From the NCBI GenBank assembly GCA_037444405.1, contig JBBIML010000006.1, positions 1 to 64,000 on the forward strand: a stretch of 64,000 bases of DNA. The letters are read 5' to 3'. Under the pieces are notes generated by a model. It made no database searches. It saw nothing but the letters and a program-made list of their open reading frames with translations, and had not been told where the DNA came from. The position numbers were made by a program, and so were the translations under genes. This stretch comes from Armatimonadota bacterium (GTDB lineage Bacteria > Armatimonadota > Fimbriimonadia > Fimbriimonadales > GBS-DC). The first letter of the stretch is position 1, and every line of letters begins with the position of its first letter. Positions 56,984-64,000 of the stretch are shown here, one piece after another.

Positions 56984-58693
56984 TTAGAATACCTGAAGTG
57001 CATCGATGGCGAGCGCGCAACCGATGTAGCGTTCGGGGATGCTGGCGCGGTCGCCCAGCATCACCTCCACGGTCTGGCGGGCGCGCTGAAGATAGAGGTG
57101 GGCGTCGGCGTCGTCGCCAGGCAGCCCGCGCTGTTGAAGCGCGCGCGCGAACTCAACCTGCGCCAGCGCAACCAGCGCGTTATCGGCGGGCAACTCGCCA
57201 TCTTCCGAGACGCGCATCGGTATCAGCGTCCAGCTCGCCCAGCGCTTGCCCTCCGAAATATCATAATAACCGCCTGTCGGGTCGTGATAGCGGGCTTCGA
57301 TCAGCTTGAGCAGCTGGCGGGCGAACTGCAGGGCACGCTCGGAGCGCTGCGCCTGATACAATCGGCTCGCCGCGCGCGCCACCAGCGCCAGGTCGGGCAA
57401 CCAGTCAGAGACCTGACGGCGCGAGGAGTGATAGAGGTCGCCCTGAACGGTGCGCAACCCGCGCAGGGTCTCCAGCACGCGCGGAGCAATCGCTCGCGCC
57501 CAGCGCGCCAGCTCCGAATCGGGCGGCGCGACGCTCGAATAGTCCAGCAGGGCGATGACCGTTAGCGCGTTGCTGTCCGCATAGAGCGTGGCGTCGACTT
57601 CGGGGATGGGCAGCGATTGACCAACAGGTGAAGCGCGACGGGACGGCGCCACGCTGGCGCGGAAGCCCGGCGGACGCTCCTGATAGAGCTGACGGCGCAG
57701 GAAATCGAGCAGCCGATCCGCCGTCAGGCGCAAATCGGGCGCGAAGCGGCTGGCACGCGCGTACAGGCTCAACAGGCGCGCGTTCTCCATCAGGCGCTTG
57801 CCGCCCAGCGGCTGACCCTCCGCGTTCAGCCCCTCCAGCAGCGTGTGAAAGCCGCCCTGCTGCCCGTCCCAGAGCGCGCTCTGCTGGAGCGAGCGCAGAC
57901 GCTTTAGCAACATCGCGCGCGCACGCGGGTCGCCCGCCTCCGCCAGACTCAACAGCCACTCGGTCTGATTCAGCCAGTAGGGTTGCGGCTGGCTCCAGTC
58001 CGCTGGCTCGTTTTTCAGCAGGGTATCAAGCAGCTGGGCGTTCAACGCCTGTGCGGTGCGGGCATCGAGCGGCACGGGCGTCGCGGCGCGCACATAGCGG
58101 GCGAACAGCGCCTGCTCCAGCCGCTGCGCGGTTGCCTGCACCTCGTTCGGCGCGTTCCGATAGGCGAGGCTTACCTGCTCCAGCAAGCGTGTCAGTTCCG
58201 CGCGGGTCTCGGGCGTCGCCGCCGCGAACGGCTTGCCGTCGGGCGTGAAAAGCACCATCAGCGGCTGCCGATGGGGGAGATTGAGAACCTCGGCGACCAT
58301 GCGCAGCGTGCGGGCGCGTTTGGGCGAGGCGTCCGCGTCGAGCTTGACGGGCACAAACTCACGCTTCAGAATATCGGCAATGCCCGAATCCTGATACAGC
58401 TCCTGTCCCAATCGGGCGCACCGCCCGGACCAGAACGCGCCCATATCGACGGCGACGGGACGATTGAGCCGCGCCGCCTCCCTGAGCGTCGCCTCGCTCC
58501 ACGACCGCCACGCCACCAGCTGATACTGGCACGCACGCAGATAACCTTCGGTGGTCTGGCTGAGCGGGTTGGGATGCTGGCGTCGCTCCACCAGGCGCAG
58601 CCCGATGCCTAACCACGCCATCAGCACGATCAGCACCGACACACCGCTCAACACCACAAAGCGCGGCGCGTACCGCTCAATAATCGGCTCCAC
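56984..58693 (-). CDS. DUF255/YyaL-like thioredoxin + alpha/alpha-toroid protein, membrane anchored
   Basis: N.L......YL, V.W..W....L..A....RP, F..VK.D, 'D...GGF', K.L..NA. Confidence 0.72.
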   Translation of the reverse strand: MEPIIERYAPRFVVLSGVSVLIVLMAWLGIGLRLVERRQHPNPLSQTTEGYLRACQYQLVAWRSWSEATLREAARLNRPVAVDMGAFWSGRCARLGQELYQDSGIADILKREFVPVKLDADASPKRARTLRMVAEVLNLPHRQPLMVLFTPDGKPFAAATPETRAELTRLLEQVSLAYRNAPNEVQATAQRLEQALFARYVRAATPVPLDARTAQALNAQLLDTLLKNEPADWSQPQPYWLNQTEWLLSLAEAGDPRARAMLLKRLRSLQQSALWDGQQGGFHTLLEGLNAEGQPLGGKRLMENARLLSLYARASRFAPDLRLTADRLLDFLRRQLYQERPPGFRASVAPSRRASPVGQSLPIPEVDATLYADSNALTVIALLDYSSVAPPDSELARWARAIAPRVLETLRGLRTVQGDLYHSSRRQVSDWLPDLALVARAASRLYQAQRSERALQFARQLLKLIEARYHDPTGGYYDISEGKRWASWTLIPMRVSEDGELPADNALVALAQVEFARALQQRGLPGDDADAHLYLQRARQTVEVMLGDRASIPERYIGCALAIDALQVF

Positions 58694-58785
58694 CAGAGAG
58701 TATTATAGCACCCGCCCTACCCCCTTGAAAACAGCTAAGGTTCTGGGGCATAATAGGAGTACCCTTGAAAAGGAGGTGCGATGCG

Positions 58786-60168
58786 ATGAAGCGTAAGGTG
58801 ATGTTCGGCACAGCGATTCTGTCGTTGATGCTGGCGAGCAAACTGCTTGCCAACGACCCGTTCGTGTACTTTGCAGGCAACCCTGCCAACTCCTGGTATA
58901 CTGTCGGTGGCACCTGCGACGCGCCGACACTAACAGCAAACTACCTCTACTTCATCTCCGGCGATGTAACCAGTGCTGGTCTCCCAGCGCGCTGGACAGC
59001 TCTGCCTTTCGAGCTGTGCCAGGCGACAACCTTCGACTCGATAGCCTACGCCCCTGCTTTCCACACGGGTGCGCCCAATCTGCGAGTGATTATCACCCCT
59101 GCTCGGATCGGCAGTGATGGACGCCCGGAACCCGACCTGAGCAATGCAATCTACGACCAGAACCTTGGACCGTCACCTGGTGATCCCCCAATACCTGGTG
59201 AAAAAGACGAGCCGATCCTGACCTATTATGGTGGCAGCGCCACCTTTCTTTATCTGCGCACAACCTCGTTAGGCACAACGCTGACCCTTAATCCGGGTCT
59301 CTACTTCGCGATTATTGTGGGCGACGAGGATTACACAACCTGCGGTCCTTTGGACAGCTATATCGCGCTGGGAATGGGTGCGCCAGGCGGACCGAAGCTC
59401 TACTACACGCCGCGCGGGACAGGTAGTAGCTGCACGGCTCCCACTGCCTGGCAACGATTCCGCTATAACCCGGCGACATTCCCCTGTGAGCGAATCCTGA
59501 ACACCGACCTTCCATGGCGCAATAGTGATCCCTTCGCTGGCACTCCTCCCTGGAATACGGGTCAGCACTGGAAGGATAATCACTCGCCCTACCTCTATCA
59601 CGGCGTGCTGGGATTCCGCTATTCAGGCGCTCAGGGCGGTAAAGTGGTTGGAACCGCTGTAACAGCCGATGCGCCCAGTCCATCCCCACCCACGAATGTG
59701 GAGGTTATCTTCTACAAGCCGGGTACCAAGCAGCGGGTCGCGCGGTTCAGTATGCCGACAGCTGATGGTCCCAACTACCCCATCGACACACCCATCGTGG
59801 CTGCCGGCACCTACGACATCGTGGTGCGCCCCATCTACTCGACGACCATCATTACAATTAACTGCCCTACCAACTTGTGCGTGACGAATGTGACCTTTGA
59901 TACGGAGACGCACTGGTTGGGCGTGCGCATCCCGAATGTGAATGTGAGTGGCACGGTCGATCTGGGTACCATCACCCTGCCCAATGGCGACACGAACAAC
60001 GACTTCATTATTGATGATGCTGACCTGCTCAATGTTCTGTTCGCCTTTGGTACGGACGATCCGTCCGCTGATTTGAACGGCGATAGAGTCGTCGACGATG
60101 CCGACCTGCTCATCGTCCTCTTCAACTTCGGCACGCAGGGTGAAGATGGCGATGAGACCTGTGGCTAA
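58786..60168 (+). CDS. Secreted protein with C-terminal dockerin-like module
   Basis: AGGAGG RBS, signal peptide, GDTNNDFIIDDADLL...DLNGDRVVDDADLLIVLFNFG. Confidence 0.82.
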   Translation: MKRKVMFGTAILSLMLASKLLANDPFVYFAGNPANSWYTVGGTCDAPTLTANYLYFISGDVTSAGLPARWTALPFELCQATTFDSIAYAPAFHTGAPNLRVIITPARIGSDGRPEPDLSNAIYDQNLGPSPGDPPIPGEKDEPILTYYGGSATFLYLRTTSLGTTLTLNPGLYFAIIVGDEDYTTCGPLDSYIALGMGAPGGPKLYYTPRGTGSSCTAPTAWQRFRYNPATFPCERILNTDLPWRNSDPFAGTPPWNTGQHWKDNHSPYLYHGVLGFRYSGAQGGKVVGTAVTADAPSPSPPTNVEVIFYKPGTKQRVARFSMPTADGPNYPIDTPIVAAGTYDIVVRPIYSTTIITINCPTNLCVTNVTFDTETHWLGVRIPNVNVSGTVDLGTITLPNGDTNNDFIIDDADLLNVLFAFGTDDPSADLNGDRVVDDADLLIVLFNFGTQGEDGDETCG

Positions 60169-60184
60169 TCCCTGATCGGCTGTC

Positions 60185-60221
60185 GGGGGCAGAGGCTATC
60201 TGCTCTGCCCCGTTGTTTTTT
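60185..60221 (+). terminator. Intrinsic terminator
   Basis: GGGGCAGAG...CTCTGCCCC followed by a T-rich tract. Confidence 0.7.
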
Positions 60222-60276
60222 AAGCAGGAATGCTGGGGCTGAGGAGGTATACTTTACAGATGGAGGTGCAGAGAAC

Positions 60277-61242
60277 ATGAGCAAGCGCGGTTTCACGCTA
60301 ATTGAGTTGCTGGTCGTGATCGCAATTATTGCCATTCTGGCAGCGATTCTGTTCCCGGTGTTTGCGCAGGCGCGTGAAAGCGCCCGCCAGATTACCTGCG
60401 CCAGTCGCTTCCATCAGGTTGCGCGCGCCGTGATTATGTACACGGGCGACTACGACACCACCCAGCCTCTAACGCAGTGGTTTGCCTCCTTCGCTGGTGG
60501 TGATAACTGCAACGATCGCATCCTTGCTCAACTGCTAATGCCCTACGCCAAGAGCTGGATCGTGTTCCGCTGCCCGTCGGATCCACAAGCAACAGATGAG
60601 ATCCTGGATAGATGTCCTCAAGACTCGAGCGAGGGACCCCCAACCCAGCAATGTATCCGTGAATATCGCTGGGCACTGAAAACCGATCTGGGCTATAACT
60701 ATGTCTATCTTTCTCCTATTTTTCGCTGGAGACAGGGGCCGCCTTTCTATGGCAATAAACCCGCGACAGACGCTCAGATCGGTCGACCTGCAGCGACCGT
60801 GCTGTTTGTGGATAGCCTGTGGTGGCGCGACCCTGTTACCCGACAGCCACTCTGTGGCGGTAACTGGATTGTGATGCCACCCTGTCGCTACTATCGCAAC
60901 GCTGCTGGTCAGGTGGTGGACAGCTTTACCATCGTGCGTCAGGAGTGTGATAGTCAGCGGGCGGATTGGTGGTACGATTACGCGGGCGGCAGTTGTGGTA
61001 TGGGAGCGCGTCCCGCCTGCTGGCGCCTGCAGACAGCCACTGGCTGGTACACCTGGATGGAGTTCGGCGGCTGCTGGCCGTGGCACCGACGCGAGCGAAT
61101 GATGGTGACCTTTGCGGACGGGCACACGAAACCGTTCACTCCTGCCCAGCTCACGGTCGGTTGCGATGCCCGTCCACAGTGCGGTGGCTTCATTCTGAAC
61201 CCGGAGCAGTATCTGTGGGACCTGGATGACTATGGCACATAA
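60277..61242 (+). CDS. Prepilin-type N-terminal cleavage/methylation protein (DUF1559, H-X9-DG-like)
   Basis: [33 protein letters not shown]...C, F.CPSD, 'H....MVTFADGH'. Confidence 0.92.
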   Translation: MSKRGFTLIELLVVIAIIAILAAILFPVFAQARESARQITCASRFHQVARAVIMYTGDYDTTQPLTQWFASFAGGDNCNDRILAQLLMPYAKSWIVFRCPSDPQATDEILDRCPQDSSEGPPTQQCIREYRWALKTDLGYNYVYLSPIFRWRQGPPFYGNKPATDAQIGRPAATVLFVDSLWWRDPVTRQPLCGGNWIVMPPCRYYRNAAGQVVDSFTIVRQECDSQRADWWYDYAGGSCGMGARPACWRLQTATGWYTWMEFGGCWPWHRRERMMVTFADGHTKPFTPAQLTVGCDARPQCGGFILNPEQYLWDLDDYGT

Positions 61243-61257
61243 CTGGAGGACACGGCG

Positions 61258-61497
61258 ATGGAAATTCCGAAACCTGTGGCAATCGCCATCATTGCGATTG
61301 TTGTGGTGCTGGCGCTGGGGATAGGCTGGTACTTCTTTCTATCGGAGGGTAGCTCAGGGGGTGGTGCAAACGTGCCCTCTCATGCCTATCCTCAGCCGCA
61401 GAGCAACCAGCCCGGCGTGGAGGCTTATGGGGTGCAACCACCCAGCAATCAGCCTGCCCCCTCTGTCTCTATCCCTCTGCCCGGTAAGGGACGGTAA
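61258..61497 (+). CDS. Small single-TM protein accompanying the prepilin
   Basis: GGAGG RBS, 'P..AI.II..VV' TM, Pro/Gln-rich tail. Confidence 0.75.
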   Translation: MEIPKPVAIAIIAIVVVLALGIGWYFFLSEGSSGGGANVPSHAYPQPQSNQPGVEAYGVQPPSNQPAPSVSIPLPGKGR

Positions 61498-61540
61498 GCG
61501 ACTGCCCAGGAAAGTATTACCAGCTGCACGGGCATGGTTC

Positions 61541-61630
61541 GCGTTTGCCCCTCCTGCAGGTTCCCCTCGCGAAGCAGGGGGGAACTGTGGCTCGGTCCCC
61601 CTGCTGACAGGAGGAACCTTACGGGGGTAC
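61541..61630. repeat. MITE/REP-like repeat (GGTTCCCC...GGGGGAAC)
   Basis: Two adjacent imperfect palindromes, with a related fragment at ~21085-21101. Confidence 0.5.
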
Positions 61631-61732
61631 AGGGCGATCTCCCATGCGTAGCCCTTTCTTTTGTTCGAACAGCCTCCCCCACCCCCTTGACAAACCCCTA
61701 CCCCCATCGGGTATTAATTAAGGCGCAAACGA

Positions 61733-61809
<77 letters not shown>

Positions 61810-61937
61810 CTTTTTTTTCGCCACTCCCGATTTCGCCCCTGTCGATCCCGCATTGATGCAGGAATTCCCGCAAAAATGGGGTATAATAGGAACGCAGGGT
61901 ATCCATCCCCTGCAAGTCAAACGAGCGGAGGTGTGAG

Positions 61938-62960
61938 ATGATGAGACCCTTGCAGAAAGGCATACTGATAGTGGCGCTGATAGGGATGCTGGTGGCATTT
62001 GCGAATGCCCAGTCCTTCTTTGACGGCTTCGAGCCGCCCACTTACGCACCCGGTATTCTGACAGGTCAGAACTCCTGGTACAACCCTGTCCCCGCGTCCA
62101 GCACCGACTGGTCGGTCTATCTCTACTCTGGGCTGCCTGGCTGGCTCGGCTCGCTTGGCAGCAATCCTGGCGGCGGTCAACAATTTATCGCGGCGCGTAA
62201 GGATACACCCGGCTTCTTCCCACGCGCCCAGAAGGATTTCAACTGGGGCGCACGGACCATCTGGCTGGTGAGCTACGATGTGGCGGTGAACTTCGATCCG
62301 AGCGTGAGCGCCGATGGTCTCAACTACGATAACATCGGCTCCTTTTCCCTGCAACCAAGCGGCGCCTTCTACCGCTACTTCATCGACCTGTTCCAGTGGG
62401 TTAGTCCCCAAGTCACCCCAAACGATGGCTGGCAAATGACCTGGGTGGTGTCCGATTCGGGTGGTTCTGCATCGTTTATCGTGTCTTTTAACCCGCCCAA
62501 CCCCTTCCACGGACTTCAAATCAACAAGTGGTATCGTCGCTTCGTCGCGTTCAGGCTCGACGATAGCGATCCCAGCGCCCGGCATGTGGTGAAGGTTGGC
62601 ATCCGTGATCTGGAGACGGGTCAAACCTTCTCCACGCCCGTCGGTCCGACCCCTGACTTCCAATACTGGTATCTGATCAACTATAACACCGGGGACATTC
62701 CCACCGCGTTCCGCTTCTTTGTGGGTGGCGGCACGGGCACCAACGAAGGCAACATCCTCGCGGTGGACAATGTTGCCTTCACCGCCTTCAGCTTCGGCGA
62801 TGTGGACATGAACGGCTGCGTGGATGATGCCGACCTGCTGGCAGTGCTGTTCGCCTTCGGGAACACGGGAGCCTTCATGCCTGAAGACACCAACGGCGAT
62901 GGCACTGTAGACGATGCCGACCTGCTGAATGTGCTGTTTGAGTTCGGCAACGGCTGCTGA
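61938..62960 (+). CDS. Secreted protein with C-terminal dockerin-like module
   Basis: Signal peptide (ANA|Q), 'GFEPP.Y..G.L.GQ..W', GDVDMNGCVDDADLL...DTNGDGTVDDADLL. Confidence 0.85.
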   Translation: MMRPLQKGILIVALIGMLVAFANAQSFFDGFEPPTYAPGILTGQNSWYNPVPASSTDWSVYLYSGLPGWLGSLGSNPGGGQQFIAARKDTPGFFPRAQKDFNWGARTIWLVSYDVAVNFDPSVSADGLNYDNIGSFSLQPSGAFYRYFIDLFQWVSPQVTPNDGWQMTWVVSDSGGSASFIVSFNPPNPFHGLQINKWYRRFVAFRLDDSDPSARHVVKVGIRDLETGQTFSTPVGPTPDFQYWYLINYNTGDIPTAFRFFVGGGTGTNEGNILAVDNVAFTAFSFGDVDMNGCVDDADLLAVLFAFGNTGAFMPEDTNGDGTVDDADLLNVLFEFGNGC

Positions 62961-63089
62961 AGCCATCTGCCACTCTATGGGCGAGCAGCCCTTCCCTTTT
63001 GGGGAGGGCTACTCACTTTTGCAGGAACCTTCGCTGTGCTTCGATGATGAGCCGATGGGCTTCGGCAGCGGAACGCCAGCCCAGCAGGC

Positions 63090-64000
63090 TCATGGCTGTT
63101 GACCTCGCTGCTTGAGCTGGTAGTAGAGTCGGGCGGGCAGCCCGTGCGTTTTGACCGCGCCGCTCATCTCCGACTGGTCGAAATCGCGCGTGTCGAACGA
63201 GGCGAGCGCCTCATCGTAGAGCGCCCACGGGCTGGAGCGCGCCACCACGCTCGCGCTCCCCTTGAACAGGCGCACCGTTACCGTGCCCCACACGCGCTCC
63301 TGCACCTTGTCGATGAACGCCTCCAGCGAGTCTTTGAAGGGATCGAGCCACAGCCCCGCGTAGGCGAGTTCTGCCCAGGCGCGATCAGCCTGCGCTTTGA
63401 AGCGCAGTTCCTCGCGGGCGCACACCAGCGCCTCCAGCGCGCGATGCGCCGTGATGAGCGTGACGGCGGCGGGGCACTCGTAGTTCTCGCGCACCTTCAG
63501 CCCGATCAGGCGGTCCTCCATCATATCGATGCGTCCGACGCCGTGTGAGCCGGCTATCTCGTTCAGGTTCTGGATTAGCGCGAGCGGCTCCATGCGCTGT
63601 CCATCGAGCGCGACGGGCACACCCGCTTCGAATTCGATTGTGAGCCGCTGGGGTTCGTCGGGCGCGTCCTGCGGGTTGCGAGTCCAGCGATAAATCTCCT
63701 CTGGCGGCACATACGCGGGGTCTTCGAGCCGTCCGCCCTCGATGGAGCGTCCCCACAGGTTCTCGTCGATGCTCCAGATTTTGTCCGCGCTCTGATGAAT
63801 CGGCACGCCGCGCGCCCGCGCATACTCGATCTCCTCCGTGCGGGTCATGTTGCGCTCGCGCATGGGCGCAATGATGGGCACATGGGGCATCAGCACGCGC
63901 AGCATGAACTCGATTCGGAACTGGTCGTTGCCTTTGCCCGTGCAGCCGTGAACAAAGGCGTCGACTCGCGGCAGGTTCCGCGCCACCTCCACCGCCTTGC
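63090..64000 (-). CDS. argG: Argininosuccinate synthase (5' part outside window)
   Basis: HGCTGKGNDQ.R, SIDENLWGRSIE.G.LEDP, GRID..EDR..G.K.RE.YE.P. Confidence 0.96.
   Translation of the reverse strand, partial: KAVEVARNLPRVDAFVHGCTGKGNDQFRIEFMLRVLMPHVPIIAPMRERNMTRTEEIEYARARGVPIHQSADKIWSIDENLWGRSIEGGRLEDPAYVPPEEIYRWTRNPQDAPDEPQRLTIEFEAGVPVALDGQRMEPLALIQNLNEIAGSHGVGRIDMMEDRLIGLKVRENYECPAAVTLITAHRALEALVCAREELRFKAQADRAWAELAYAGLWLDPFKDSLEAFIDKVQERVWGTVTVRLFKGSASVVARSSPWALYDEALASFDTRDFDQSEMSGAVKTHGLPARLYYQLKQRGQQP

Overview
High-GC bacterial chromosomal window. The gene content (repeated C-terminal 'DDADLLxVLFxFG' dockerin-like modules, a DUF1559-type prepilin, an ARC/Mpa-like ATPase, TolC and Wzi) suggests a diderm Armatimonadota-like organism; this is an inference. 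Most of the window is housekeeping, metabolic or envelope genes (aspS, ispE, pyrD-like, mnmA, menG/ubiE, era, rqcH, argG, tRNA-fMet). The main accessory feature is a compact ~5.4 kb integrated element (13703-19213) bounded by two complete, identical tRNA-Ala(CGC) genes. It encodes a tyrosine integrase, an HTH regulator, a DnaB-N/AAA helicase-type Rep, an SSB-like protein, a VRR-NUC nuclease and a coiled-coil protein, with no recognisable virion genes, so it looks like a phage satellite. An inverted octamer array at the Rep 3' end looks like an origin, and it also sets the Rep reading frame: removing one unit would extend Rep from 506 to 600 aa. A further near-copy of the octamer lies in the Rep operon promoter. 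Other signals: five unrelated secreted proteins share one C-terminal module; a large barrel protein has a SprA-like motif and six internal repeats; one repeat is inserted in-frame in two unrelated proteins; an orphan MTase has an AT-rich central segment; and several genes appear to be leaderless. All calls come from manual motif reading, with no database searches.
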